Of a stretch of 64,000 nucleotides of DNA, positions 26,747 through 41,800 are shown one piece after another (position 1 is the first letter of the stretch; each line of letters begins with the position of its first letter). The translations under genes and the position numbers were made by a program. The stretch covers positions 22,384,001 to 22,448,000 of the forward strand of contig CM119372.1 in assembly GCA_051294905.1 (NCBI GenBank), written 5' to 3'. Source of the DNA: Botryllus schlosseri (lineage: Eukaryota). A model generated the notes under the pieces. The model was not told the origin of the DNA. It did no database searches and saw only the letters and a program-made list of their open reading frames with translations.

Positions 26747-28114
26747 GCTTAATGGAATATACGTAGATAAATACGGGCTCGGGTGGGGGTTGTACTTAAA
26801 ATAAAAATTCATTTACAAACATTTTCGTTTTATTTTATCTAAAATCACAACTTTTGTTTCATTTATAGGCCTATGTGTAATTGTGTATGCATTCAAGGCA
26901 TAAAATGCTAGAAAGTCTTAGGCTACTATCTTCACGTGATCCATTATCTAAGACAGTGTTTCTTGGCATTTTAACACTCGTACCCCTTGCGCTTTCAATC
27001 AAATTTCTCGTACCCCATGGCCATTTTCAACATAAGTTCTGGTGGTACCTATATTGAAATCAAAAATACCATTGACATGAAATCGCGCCAATAGCGCGAT
27101 GAAACATATCGAGTTGAATAAATCGCCCAGAAAATAGTCAACGTTTTGTTAGTTTGCAAAATAATTTTAGGCTCTGGAGAGCGTTATTCCTCGATTCATC
27201 TCGTACCCCTGAAATGGTGCTTCGTACCTCCAATGGGTCCACGTACCCCTGGTTAAGAACCTCGGCTCTAAGAGGCCTCCATTGGACACTGTCCATGTAC
27301 AGCAGACTAAGCAGGATTGAGCAGCCATTGATTGACTTTCGCGCATTATCTTAATCTACTTCATTTACCGATAGAGCTGATTGAGGCGAGGCGTATTCGT
27401 GACTTCCGGGCACGCGTTAAAACGCCTATATTTATACATCTTTGAGCAGGGTCATTGTTATTAATTCCTTCGTTGCATGATGCTGTGTATTGACCTCACG
27501 CTAGAATTGTATCTAAAGGATATCTAGTCAAAAGATGTTGGCATCGCCCAAACGTACTAGATGAACTTGGAGAAATACATCTTTCGTGAGATGCACGGGA
27601 TATCATATTGACATTTAAGCCGGTAACGGCCCTGGTTATTATGACATTTGTTCATAACTTCTTTTTTTCGCTAATATTTCTCTTCTTCGTTTTGAATGAT
27701 CGAGTGCACTATTGTCCACGGGTCCGAAGTTGAACATGTCCTGTGTTACCGTAAATAACTTACATCATAATGCACCATTACCGTGTAGGAAACGTTCATA
27801 TTAACTAGGTTTGGTAGGTAATCAATTATTCATTTCTATCCCCGAATTTTCCAACTGTTACGTAAATGGCAAGTCAAGAAACAATGCGCATATTATTACT
27901 ACACCATAGAATGCATGTGTTTTATCCACGTTCAAGTTAAGTCATTGAAGAGCCGCAATCAATAAAGGTTCGAACCCAAAGAGCCTCAGTTTGACCACCC
28001 TTGCACATCACATCGATCTATATTCCTATGCTATCACATGTCACCAAAGCATTCACGGCTGTCATTCGCTCATTCATATGGTAGAGACCGTGTAGTTAAA
28101 ACGCTTGCCTATAA

Positions 28115-28411
28115 TAGAGTTACCATATGTTGGAAATCTGAAGAGGGTACTTTTTCATAATTTTAAAACTTGCAAAACCGGAGGAAAATCCTGAAAAATG
28201 GTAAATTTTTTCCACTTCGTGGTCGGTTGACTAAAAAAAGGTCAACTTTCCCGCCCAGCTCCCGAAATAGCAGCCGGAGCGTTACTACAGTGCTGACTTA
28301 TTGTGTCTCAGTCGAGGTTGGCCCTGTATCCAACCAACATTCTAAAAAGAAAAGACAAAATCTAAAAAAAAAAGGACAAATCCTCTTAAAAGAGGACGTA
28401 TGGTAACACTA
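28115..28411. mobile_element. hAT MITE with Blackjack-like termini
   Basis: TIRs TAGAGTTACCATA / TATGGTAACACTA; perfect 8-bp TSD gcctataa; relative at ~43598-43890 (TAGGGTTACCA...TGGTAACCCTG). Confidence 0.85.
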
Positions 28412-29120
28412 GCCTATAACCATAACAATTTACAACGTTGTAAATTGCAATGCTATAACGATGGCCTATATGGCCAGATTTATCTGCATTATCGATAACA
28501 CGGCTAATATGAATTGATGCTTCGATTTTCAGAAATATCAGATGATATTATTTTGATGAAATGATCCATGCGCTCTCGTGCTGATGCTACTTCTCTCATT
28601 CGACACATTAACAAATGTTATAGCTGCTTTCACATGGCGTGAAATGGCGAAGACCAGTGTAAATTACAAATTTCGACAAAAAATGACACAGGGCAAGTAG
28701 AATAGCCTACTTGTAGAAACGATTAACTGACTATGAAAGCGTTCATCAATCGCGCTAAGCGGGCTGTGCCACCATGGCGTATACATTATATATATTAAAT
28801 CCAATAAATCGGTATAAGATAAGGGAAAACCGATCATCTTATTCTCATTTATGACTTCAGGCTACAGATGTGTCTCTAAGAGTATAGTAAGAACATGTTA
28901 TTAAGGGCTGTGATGGTACTATCACATACCTGAGCCCAGGCCAACTTTATGTTTACTTAGTAAACCATTACATTCGAGGTATAGAAATCATTTTATTCAC
29001 ATCTGGCCAGTACAAAGACCTTACCGTAACGAATACTTCCACCCACGAAGATGTTTGCCGGGGTGAGACATTTGTGACAGACGAAGGCATTGTATGCTCG
29101 TTCCGTTTCACTGAGCCTTC

Positions 29121-29134
29121 GTTACCATGGCCAC
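29121..29134. promoter_or_regulatory. RFX X-box-like element upstream of the large basic-protein gene
   Basis: GTTACCATGGCCAC, one mismatch from GTTNCCATGGNAAC; a weaker site GTTTCCATGTTAGC at 29389-29402; possible non-coding exon donor CAG|GTAATA at 29218/29219. Confidence 0.45.
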
Positions 29135-29837
29135 GAGGCCTAAGCGTAAGTTAAAGTATTTCCAGAAATACAAGCGTGTTCATGAATAAATCCCAGTGAT
29201 ATTATCGTCTGATAGCAGGTAATACGATAGGTAATCAAGTGACAGATATGAAGAGTTTATTCGCCTTAATTGACAGTGAGAATATGACTGGTCGAAAATT
29301 AATCTGGTGCTTTATATTCCCGATTAAGTTTTACACGCTAACAGTACTACGGTACCGGCACGCTAGCTTGCTTCGGATACAATTCTACGTTTCCATGTTA
29401 GCGCCGAGCTCTGCAGCGGAGTCTTCAGTTTTGGTCATCTCGCGAATAGTTGTATTTTACCAGTGATGCGTATTCGGCGGTACTCATGATTTGATACATG
29501 GAAAGTGAGCACGATTTGATCGTATAATTCCAGGTTTTTACAAATTCGTTCACCGCGACGCGTACATTCGTAAACCTCATTGTTGAGTTTACAATGTTTT
29601 ATTACTAGATTACCATTCTGGTAAACAATGCAGTGGTATCTTCTGTTCAGAGCCTTTTGTATCGTATAGAGATTGAGTATATTTATAACCCTCCAATGTA
29701 CCGATAGAATGCGCTGCAATAGAATCCTAGCGTCCGTCCGCGCAAACAGGGTTCGGTAAAACTCCCGAAACAATTAACCAGCATCAGTAGTCAACCAGCA
29801 AGAATCTTTGTTGACAACCAGCTTATTGTCTTGCAAC

Positions 29838-32800
29838 ATGAATGTGGAGCCGATCCACAGCAGCTCTTCGAGTAGCTCCGATAACGAAGATAGGAGCGAC
29901 AAAGTTTTGGCAAAGAATGGCCGTCGTACAAGTGGATCGTCTCCTGATATCCACGAAGTGAGAGCCAGCTCCACTAGTTCCGGTAATAATACTATAATAA
30001 TTAAGTAAATACCCGTTTTGCATTGTCAGTGGATACTGCTCATTATTTCCAACATACGAATCGTGAGGTCTACAGGTATCATCCATATCAGTAAGATTCG
30101 AACAGTCGTATAGGTCGATTGTTGCTGAGATAGGATCTCAGTGCGCTATCAGTGCTTGCAAACCACAGATAGGATAGTTCGAAGGAAACTTTTGCTGAAC
30201 ACGCATTACTGCATTTGCTGCTATTACGGATATTATATACACGCAGGGTGATAAATTATTTTCAGTTGTGATGTCGCAAATCCACTTTTATGTTGCGGTT
30301 AGTGTGTAGCATTGTAGTGCTGCATTGTCCAAAATCATAAGTTTAGCAAGGACAAGAGCGCCATTGACCAAGCCCACACTAAGTTGATTCGTTCTTACGA
30401 TATTGCAATACTATATCAACGAAGTCTGTACGCTCAAGGTCTTAAAACCAGGCAACAGCAAATATTGAGTAAACTAACTGTCTTTGATTTACGCGAATCA
30501 TTCACACGCGCCCACCCGTCCATGTCGTCATATTTAAGTTGTTACTAACGATGTGTATAATCTAGGGCCATTGATTTGTCTTTCTAGAAATGTGCCATTC
30601 GTGTATTTAATCTTCGTGATATATAGGATATATTTAATTTAGCCATACACATCTAGGGATGGTTAGGTGGTGGGCTACGTAAACAACAGCGATGAGCAAA
30701 GAGCATTCGTATTTTGAGTTCAATAAACTGTACGATGAGATGCACTTGAACCCTATAAAATCTGGTAAAGAGTCCAGTATCAATTATTGTATTCGCTAAT
30801 ATTTGACTTTGGATTTTACACAATAAGACCAGTAGTCAGATGGCTCACGTTTTTAACGGCTACCCATCAATACTATCAGTGCAACGTACAAGAAATCACT
30901 CGTACAGTGCGCAATGTCACTTTTACGTACACGGCTTATATATAGCCATTTGCTGAGCCGTAAAATTGCACGATCTTCATTGCACCCCATGGATTGCCAT
31001 TACGGAATTCCAATTTCATTCGAGAAGAGACTGTATATGGTTAAGTCGAAAAATCTGTGTCTGTATAATATGTATATGTAGTTAACTTGTTATCTGCAGG
31101 CCAAGTGGGTGTTTACTGAAAGACAACTCTAAGTATTTTCGACTAATTCCTATCTTTTCATTGTATCGCAATCTTGTGCCGTTTTGGACTGATCAAATTC
31201 TAAACTAAAAGTGACGACGGAATGTCGAATATCTGTTACCTACTTCAAACGTCATACTTAGCAGTGTAAATAAGGTGTGAGAGCAATCAATACGCTGTGA
31301 AGCGGCTGTAACTGATTATATGATCCAATGCATATACCGCATGCTTATGCGGGGATACTATGCGAAGGAGTTGTTTTTATGGTGAATTAATAATAATCCG
31401 GATGGCGTGACTGGAATAACCACAAAATCGCAATAAATCGCGACAATGACCAGTGTAGCCTGTCGCTAGCGCGACTGAATGACTTCAATGTGTGTCGGTA
31501 ACGTAGCCTTGAACCTGTGTGTGACTGGGGTGGCGACATGGGGCCAAAATATACAGCAGTCTCTTCAAATGGGGATCATATAAATGTTCTTTGCTGGGCG
31601 TGTATTAGTATCGAAACGTTCCAAACTTAGTGTGGCGTCAAAATCATTTGATCATTTGCACGCAGCCAGACGCCAGCCAAATATCGGTAGTCTTACATCT
31701 CGTGAATGTTCACATGCGAGAATCTCTCTTCTACACATCACAGGTATCACGACACCTCCGGAAGAATTGCAAGCAATAACTACGAAGGAACCGAACGACC
31801 GAGGTAGATATACATATGCATCATCGTTACCAAATGTTGTCTCCAGTCGATTTCCAATCCGTCGAACAATAATGCGACTCTCTTCTTCAGACAGATCTTC
31901 CTCATCAAGCTCGACGCAATCATCAGTTTACGAGGAAGTCGAAGGCTACCAAAAGCACAGCGCGTCTCCGAGGCACTCGAACCAAGGTACATGCCTCTGA
32001 ATCTGAAAGGGTCACTTACAGTGTGATTACTCCGCTGAGTCGACAATGTTGCTCATTCTCTACACAAGGGGACTCAAACTCAAATGTGCTCGCGGGCCAA
32101 TTTCCTAGTTTTTGATGACGCCGCGGGCCGCAGCATCAATTGGGATATTCAATTTAGTCAACGTGCCATGTTTTGTCATCATGAATAGGCAAAGTGACGT
32201 AATACCAGATGTTCCACCGGATCGTAACGTTTGAAAGTGACATGATACTGAAGTTTGATGAGTTGTTTCAGGCTTTTAGAGCAATATTTTCAATGGTCAG
32301 TTGAGCATGCTGTAGGAACATTGTGTGCATTCATAGTGGTGTGATTCTAACGCGGTATGAAATTAATGAAGAAATGACCCAGACTGATTTCGTAGAGGTC
32401 TCGAATCTAGGGATGGACGAAATCGTCACAACAGCTTGCGACGTAGCCCCTGTATGTATGTCAGTGAATATATTTCCAAAGATTGCCAACCTTTTTAGTG
32501 TCATTGGTAGGGCGTTTTTTTTTACCAAAGAAACGGAAGATTTTGACCTTAAAAATTAATTATGACAAAATTTTGCCCGCATGTATATGTAAATTAGGCG
32601 TTTTCGCACACAATGTACTAATCTTCATTTCTGGTTAGAACTGTCTATATCCTTGCGAAGTAGTTTGGCCTGAACAAACTTTTTGACATAGAAACTGACA
32701 AATTTTTAGATGAAAAAACTTTATTCTCTGGACCTATGAAGAATTCCAGTATTCCAGTATTCCAGTATTCCAGTATTCCACGCATTATGTTAGAAATAAT

Positions 32801-35800
32801 TAAAATTTGTTGTAGTCGGCTACAACGAAAGATACTTTACTACATTCTCGGGTAGAAAGTGTCTGTCCTTACTAAATAGTTTGCCAAGAAAGGAGAAAGA
32901 ACGTTAAACAGCAACAGTTGTTGCCTGCTGGCAACACTGAAGTAGTGCGTACACTGCTGGTGATTGGTGACACACCGTGTTGTTTCATTCTGACAATGTT
33001 GTCAACATCACAATGAGCAGACAATGTGTCTACAACGGTAGGCCTGTAATGTAGGCTACAAGATGTTAAATGTCCCATGATAAGTTCACCGACAGTGCAA
33101 ACATCTACGATACAGACGAAATGCAGGTTGCAAAAATTTTGACTTTGTAAACAACCTTGACAGTTTCTTGACTTGAAGCTACAATCATGACAAAATTTTT
33201 GAAGTTTTTTGACCTGTAAAAAAATCGCCCTAGTCATTATAGTCATTTCGTGCCAATCACGAAAATCCAACCAGAAATTTCGAAATAAGCTACCTCCGAC
33301 CAGCAGCTAAAATCATGCGACCTCTCGATCAAGTCTATTTCTTCAAACTGCTTACTTGAGCACTTTTCATATCTTCATTTTCTACATTATCTCGGGAATC
33401 GCTATGCTTATACTTGTAATTGAGTAATAATGTACGACTTTCCTTCTACTTCTAACCGACTACGAACGCCGACTACTTTCACCACCATTGGCCCGTTATT
33501 CCTCGACAGATTCTCCCCAGATCGACAAGAAGAGTTATGAGTCGTCGATAACAACAGAATCGGGCAAAGAGCTTCTCAGGAGCATCCTAAGCGATTCGTC
33601 CAGCGACAGAGTCCTCACAGACATCGAGGTCACCTCGCCGAAAGACGGGGCCTCCTCCACCGACGACGAATTGCTGCAACGATTTCGCGAACAGCAAGCG
33701 AACAGGCGATACCGGCCGAAAAGCGCGAAGCTCAAGTACAAGAAGGAGGTGGAACCGGAAACGGTGCAGAAAGTTCCGTCGCGCGGTAGCAATAAAGACA
33801 GCGACAAGGCATCGGATTCGTCGGATTCCTCGACTATAAAAAGCAATACTTCATCAAACCGCGCGGCATCAAGGCTAAAAAAGCTATCGACCAGCTCTTC
33901 AAGTCACGACAGCAGGCAGAAACGTACGCCGCAGCATTCCACGTCTACTTCCGCGAGTTCAGACTCGGAACCGGTACAGAAACCGTCGGATATCCGTCGG
34001 GCCTCGACGTCCTCAAATTCGTCGTCGGCGTCAACTTTAATCAGCGAAGAGCTAGTTCCCTCTCAGGCGATAAAATCGAAGCGAAAACCCGGATCGCGGG
34101 AAGACTCAGCGGGAATATCGCGCGGGCGGCAGCCGTATCATATTCCGCGCGCGCCTGCGACTCCGGAAAGGCCAGTGACCAGACGCGGGCGAGATCCGAG
34201 ACAAAGTACGAGAGTGGGAAGGCCTGCGACCAGATCAAAGCCAGGTACATTTCTTTCAAATATCCCGTTACCAGAGGTATCAGTACGGAAGTACCTCTAT
34301 TATTTGGGAGCACTCAAGTATAAGTTTTGTCTACATGCATTACTAACTCATGTTCATGGTTCTGATTGAGGACTACTTCCAATATTAGCGAAATAGTGTA
34401 TATTTCCACCCGTGTACCACCCCTGATACACGGGTGTAAATATACACCCACATGAAACTAGAACCTGCCACAGACTTATACCACGGTATAAATCGTGCAC
34501 AACATTTGAATACAAACTTTGCATGCATGCAAGGACGTAGGAAGGTATGCACAAGTGTGCATGCCTCTTCTTTACATCGCCTAGGCCAGTGGTTCCCAAC
34601 CTGTGGTACGCGTACCACTAGTGGTACGCGAAGGTCTTCCAGGTGGTACGCGAGCAGATTCTGTTTTTTTTTCGATCGAAGGGAGTTATTAGTTCAGGTG
34701 GGGTTGAACACAAAGATTGTTCTCCAATAAACATCAGGCTTAGCATGACCTCCTCGTACTCGACTCTAGCTTCTCAAGCCATTCCCCAGCTGCTAATTTT
34801 ACCTTCTACGTGGGAGTGCGAGCAAGGATTTTCATCTCTGATGACTACCAAGTCGAAGAAACGAAACCGACTTGTTGCGCCAATGCATGACTTTCGATGC
34901 GCTTTGAGCAAACATATGCAACGCATCGACCAGCTAGTGCAGTGTTTCTCCAACTGCCCCTCCCTCCCCTTGGGGGCATGAAAGCATCGGAAGGGGGCGC
35001 GAAGCTGCGGCCAACTGAAAAAATTTTTCGCGCTCGGCGTGATTTACCTCCATCTCATTGTTTTTGCCTTCTGTATAGTCCTAATTGCATGTTTGAGAAC
35101 ATCTTATTAACTATCATAACCCACCATTATTCGCTGTGATTGCTAGCATTCTGGTTGCATTTTGTGATGTGACGATAAGGGGGGGGGGGGGGTGTTTTTC
35201 TCTATCGTAAAATTGGGCGTGTCTAAAAATGTTGAAGAATCGCTGAGCTAGTGGAAAATAAACAAATGCAGCCATCGCATAAAAAAAATTAACGTTTGTA
35301 GTTTGCTGTTATTTCATTATTATTATTATGTTGTTCTTCTTGTGACTGGTGGTGAAAAAACAATTCCATGCGTCCCATCAACCCTGGCTGATAATGCCTA
35401 GTTTAATAGCATTTGCTATTACGCTTCGCATAGGTCAAATACGTGATTATGACGTCATAAATTACAGCAAAATTTTTGGCCGCCTTCGGCGCGCGTAACT
35501 TATGTAGGTGGTACGCGAGCACTGCATAAAACCTCGAAATGGTACGTGGGTGAAAAAAGGTTGGGAACCACTGGCCTAGGCCCAGGTGGGTATCTGATAT
35601 CAAAGACTACTCCAAGTCGTTTCGACACCTTCCTATCTTTTCATTGTATCGCAGTTTTGTGGTGTTTTGAAATGATGAAAATATTATTAAACTGATGCAG
35701 ATACTGCACGTCGTCAGGTAATATTTATGACCACGATATAATTCTGGGTTAGGTTCTTTAAGCGTTATCGGTGTACCACCTTTTTCAGACCTTTGGGTGT

Positions 35801-38800
35801 GAATACACACCCTTTTCGCTAAGAGAGTACTTTTAATAATACGGATTTTCAAAAATAGTAAGCAGTCATGGGATAAGATTGCATTGCGTTACTTTTTGAG
35901 TCGAATAGTCGCGAGAACGGCGTGAAATTGTCCCTGTGTTCCGGAACTGAATTGTATATTTTCGAACATTCTTCCTATTTGTAGCGTCGTTAGCCGTTTT
36001 AGTTAGTCGTTGTTGTTGCTAGTGGTATTCACTAATCATGGTGTTCGTCGACAACTATGGTCATTTACACCAGGCCAATTTTCTTAGTTCATATTCCGTA
36101 TAGCTGCCGATCTGCAGCAAGGCTCACTTCTGGGCTTTATAAGACACCGCTTACACGGTTGTGGTGGCGAGGAGGGGCCTAGAGAAACCTCCAACACTTG
36201 GATAGGAATTCTGGAGTCGACCTCGGTCGGACTCGAACCCACAACCCATTGGTGTTGCAGCTGTGGATTATATACCATTGCGCTACCACGGCGCCCCCAT
36301 TTTAGTTAGTCGCGAATACTACATCTTGGTATTTCGAAAGTAACAACGTCCGATGAACTGCTAAATGTATGGGACCCCGGAAGTTCAAACTACTTACTTT
36401 TCAGACCGGTAATTTTGGACTTGCACTGGCAGCAGTTTTCACATGTCTTGGAAATTTCTACATATAATTGTAATTGAGTATTTATATGTAGCGTTATTTC
36501 TACATCTATTTGAGTATAACGACGTTGACTACTTTGACTATACCTCTGTCCATTACGATGCCGATGCGAGAGGTAGTCTATGAAATCGCCCTACACATCT
36601 CAATATTTATTTTATGGAAACTGGGGTGTGAAATGGACGAAAGCATTCGGTGAAACGAGAGGCGTGATTCCGATATTCTGAAACTTTTACCCGCAGAAAA
36701 CAGGGCATTGTTTCATTTGAAGTTATTGACACTTAGGGTTGCATTTAAAACAAAAATAAATTCAAACAAACATGTTTGAAACAAGGCACTTGGATAAAAC
36801 ATGTTTTTTCAAGCCATGACGTCACGATATTCAATTATGACGTCATAGTGGATTGACATTGAAAATATAGGGTAAATATAGCTCCTTTGACGAAATATAT
36901 ATAGCTGTTGAACCGACTATTTTGAGGGTTCCAATCATCCCATATCGTATACGCCGGCTATATCGGGTGGTAATCGTCCGTAGGCTCATGCAGCATGTTT
37001 TTGGAAATATTTACACAATTATGGCATCGTTATAGGCCTGCAACTTAAAAAAAAACAATTTGTTTTCTTTAGAGAGGCCTTTGTTTCAAACAACCATTCG
37101 TTTTAAATGCAACCCTATAATGACACTGTACTGCAGCGTACGGGTCTAGATACTTATGGTGGGCAGAAAAGCGGCTTCTCTCTGCATTGCAGTCAGGAGA
37201 AGCATTCAATTAGGATTTTACTCATGAGAATAACCGTATACAAATATAGATTTTAGCCTACAATTGGGATTAAAAAGATATTAATATTTATTTGCATATC
37301 AACTGTATCGCGCCGCAAATCACAAATGCAATTAGTTACAGAGAAAAAAACCGCTGAAGTGCTCTGGAAATACTCCGAACCTGCCGCAGAATCGAGAAGT
37401 AACTGGCCGAAAGAGCCCGGATTTTGGTGGCCATACAACGAAGACTGCGGTTAGTTTTGACAATTGCTCACTATTCCTATATACTTATGATTGCCGATAA
37501 CTTACTTTGAGTGCACTGAAAATAATATCACGATTATACAAACGCTGATATGTAACAAAACTTTCCATGTTTAAAAGGCGACGCGGAATTGAGAAAGCTT
37601 ATCACCTACCACAGGAGAAAATTGAAAAATCTTCTTGCTCAAGAGTACCTACAGCGACATCTCGAGTTAGAATTGAAAAAGGCGGGCGCGAAATTCAAGC
37701 GATACGACCGAGGTGTAAGGCCACTCTCGGCAAAACAAATCCGCAAATATAAAGAACGTGACGCTTCGTGGGTAAGTAGTAACGCCTGATGAATTTGGCG
37801 AGAATAGAGAGGCCTGTTGTAATTTTTAGCGTATACATCACAGTTAGAAGATGTGGCGAGATAGCGCAGTGGTATTATCCACGGCTGCATCACCAATGGG
37901 TTGCGGGTTCGAGTCCGACTGAGGTCGATTCTAGAATTCCTACCTAAATGTTGGAGGTTTATCTAGACTCCTCCTCGCCATCTCATCCGCGTCAGCGTTG
38001 TCTTACAAAAAGCCCAGAAGTGGCCCGTGCTACAAGTCGGATACGGAATCAAAAATTCAGAAAATCGGCCTGGTGTAAATGACCATTGTATAGTGGACAA
38101 ACACCATGAATACCCCAAAAACCAACTAACAAATAGTTGCAAGATCGACGCGATAGTCTGTCAACTTGCCAATCCGAATCAATTATTTGTTTACAGCTGT
38201 GGATTGCACTTACAGCTACCGGCATTGTATTAATCATATAATCCAATGACTCTCAACCTTCTCAGATCGCGGATTTAAAAAAAAAAATTTGCGGGCCGGC
38301 AAACTTTCAATAATCAAAATCAACCGTATGTATCAACTGTATGCAATTGAAAACGGAAGAATTGGAGCTTTAATTTACTGAGAATTCCGCTGAAGTCTGT
38401 GCAAGTCAAAGTCCTATGAAAATCACCAACTCGATTTTGACCCTGGTGCTTCTTTCGAAAGAAATGCGACTTCGTTGTTTGCTGTATTCTAGTACAAAGT
38501 AAAATGTCGATGTAATGTATGGTCGAATTTCGTAAAATTTTCTTTCAAAAGTATGCTACCCTTTCACATAACAATGGTCTTGAAAGAGTGACCTCAGGCT
38601 TGTCATGCATCATCGTGACGCATAAGAGGATAAGTCGAAACGAGCAGATCAATTACGTTCTAAATTTCATTTCTCTAATTAATAGAAAAGCCTATAACCT
38701 CTTACGTAATAAAACTTACTTTAATATTAATAATAATATATTCTATTGACACATATGCGAACATTGACAATGCCGGAACTGGTTCACGGACCAGATGCTG

Positions 38801-41800
38801 GAAAAAAACTCATTGGGGTACAGAAATATAATGCAGCTTGGTATACAAAGCTTTCATGGCGGGTATAGTTTCGAAAATGAAACACTTTATATTATGATTG
38901 AAATTGATAGCCTACCTACATGTCTCGCCGCATTGAGCGGTTACAACTCTTGCTAACAGATATTTTCTACACCCTTTACATTTTCCTAACGACATGCATA
39001 GTAAAATCAGATGTCAGATAATAAGTTGCACATTAATCTACAGCACAAGCTATACCCTAAAATACCTTCCGTGACGGAATCCCGTTATTCCAGATCTACC
39101 TGGACGGCAAGCTGTTCAGCCTCAACCAGGATAGCATGGGAATGCTCCTGGGGAGAGACAAAGGCGACAGCCGCAACAAAGTCGGCACGCAGAAAACCAG
39201 AAGCGCTTCCAGATCGATGGAACGCAGCTCGAAATCTAGCGAGCGGTCGAAGCGGTCCGTGTCGTTCGAAAAAGGCGCCGGTCGCAAAGGAGACAAGGGT
39301 GCGAGGAAGGCGAAAAACAAACACCGCAGCAGAAGCTCAAGCAGGGAATCCAGGAGAAGTTCGCTGTCGAGCAGAGACAGCTCGAAAAGATCTCGAGGCT
39401 CCAGTAAATCATCCCGAACCGAGTCCCGTAGCGGAAGCAGGTCTAGCAGTCGGAATTCCCCAAAGAGATCATCAAATAAATCAGCCGCGGAGCGACAAAA
39501 TCAACCGGCCCACCCGAAATCAGCCGTCAGAAGGCCAAAAACGGCCAAATCAAAACTGCGCAGCGTTTCTTCGACGAGCCGTTCGTCAAACGACGCGTCA
39601 CGGAATAAAAACGAGAAAAAGCGGAACTCCAGTACGGAAAGTGGAAAAATCCGGAGCAAGTCCCGCGAATCGGGCCGCACCAGCAGAAGTGGAAGTAGAT
39701 CTAACAAAGGCGACAAGGCGCTGGAGAGGGTTTTGTTTACGGAAGAGTTCGAGAAGAAATTGAGAAGGAAAGAGAAAAATTTGGCGAATAACATCAAAAA
39801 TGAAAGGACGCCGAAAAAGAAGAATTTAAGTCGCGAGGAAACGCGAGAAAAGCCGCCCGCGACCGCCCCGCCGGCGTCCGCGAAGCACGGTGCGCCGCGC
39901 GACGATTACAGCTTCTACAAAGACCCGAACGTACCAGGCCACGCGTTCCCGCAATACTACCTAGCCCAGCTGCTGTCGACCCAGTCGAGAAGGGGCAGAA
40001 AGAACTACGAAAACACGGAGTACGTGTTGCTACCGGCCCCGGTAAAGCGCCCGCCTGCTTGGAAATCCCATTCCAAGCGACAGGGAAGACTGCGATCCGC
40101 GCCTGTCTCATCGGCTAGAGCTCAGCCTCGTCCCCCGCAAAAACCTCGGCGGAAAAAGACAAAAAGCGTGATTACTCAAAGCGAAGCGACTGAGAAACCT
40201 GCTTCCCGCGACAGCAGTTCGTCGTCTTCGAGAAGCGACAGCCCGCAGTCTGCGAGCCATCCGCGGATTAGACCCGGGTCGGGCCCCATCAAATGCTCGT
40301 GGAAGGCGCACAGCGAGGAGAAGCCGAAGTTCGGGGTGAGGTTGACGCGTGCGATGTGCGCTTTATCTTGAAATCAAGACAAAATTATTGAAAGTGGTCT
40401 GAGAAGTACTCAAGTGAATAGTGCATTTGGTCGAGACGGAGGAGCGTACGGCGCTACTTTCGGATGATTAAAGGGGCACTGCGTTCTAAATATGCTGTGG
40501 TCTCAAATTAAAGATAAAATCGGAAAATGCATTTGGTTACCATGATACAGTGCTATTTCTACCACTCTTTATGACAATTCCACTCGTACACGTGATGAAA
40601 ACAAATGCCAAATCTACTTTACTATTTACAAAATCCCAAGTGGAAGAAGTGAGTAGCTTTGCCTTCAAAGTGTTTACTGTTAAGTAAATAGCGGGAATAG
40701 CAGAAAAGCATAACGACTTAAGTCAGCAGTGTCAGCAGACAAAACCTGCTTGAGTACTCCAAAATAGTAGAAGTACTTCATTACTGACCAGCACCTCTCT
40801 AGAGTCTAAATACGTCAAATATAATAACGCCGGGAGATGAAATGAACGCCTATACGTCGAACCAAATATTATTAACGGAAAAAATTGTTACACTTTGCGT
40901 CTCCTTCAGGGCTCGGATCATCAGCTGAAGAACACCGACAACCCGGCGGTTCTGAACTGGCTGCGGCACAAAGACGCGCAGATGCGCGCGCGGCGACAGA
41001 ACGAGGTACGTCAGCATCGCCGGAAAACCGCCAAACTCATCGACGAGCAGAACGAACTGGAGGATAAACACGAGCGAGCGTTGAAGCAATACGAGTTATG
41101 GAAGAAGAACAAAGACAGGTAACGGGCCATAACTGAATCGCGGGAATTTACACATCAAAGAATTCGGCTGGGACATGTTGCTCGCCTTAACGTAATAGGT
41201 GCAAAGGTAGCAATGTCGCTGTCAATTGGTGGCGGGCAACATCTTTAGTAATCATACCGCTCCTACGAGCTGAATATTTCGCGATGGCTATTGGATTCAT
41301 TGATTCGCGAGCGTCAAAGGTCGACTTCATAGTTACTATATGTATCTACGTGTCGCAGAAGCTCCTCGTCGCCATCGAACCGCGTACAAAAGCCTAGGAC
41401 GAAAGTCGGCAGCTCAGGGATGATAATTTAGAATATCGACCTGTTGCCCATTGCAGTACCATTCACCGTACGCAACTTACTCTCGTCATCGCAATTGTCC
41501 ACCGCCGTCGCTGAGTTCGTTATAAGTTGTAATAAGTTCATTTAGTTACTGCTTGATTTGAATTTCCTTACGACCGTGGCGCACAAGGCCATAAATGGCG
41601 AAAAGCACCACTCATATTTGTAATAATAATAATAATATCGACCTGGCGTAAAATGACCAAAGTAGTCGAAATTCCATGATTACTAAAAACAACCAATCAA
41701 TGGCGTGTTCCCTTTGCATAACTCTTTGCCATCATATGCTTTGTGTCAAGTTAGTAATTTCCGCACAGTCGGCAGGGGCGTATCCGAAATGAAAACGTGC

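Noticed and set aside
37853..37925. tRNA gene
   Set aside because: A and B boxes are present, but there is no proper cloverleaf and it continues into a body and tail shared with 36008-36297; it is a SINE head.
39011..40311. Alternative-frame and antisense ORFs over the large exon
   Set aside because: By-products of GC-rich low-complexity coding sequence; only the 39094 frame is splice-phase compatible.
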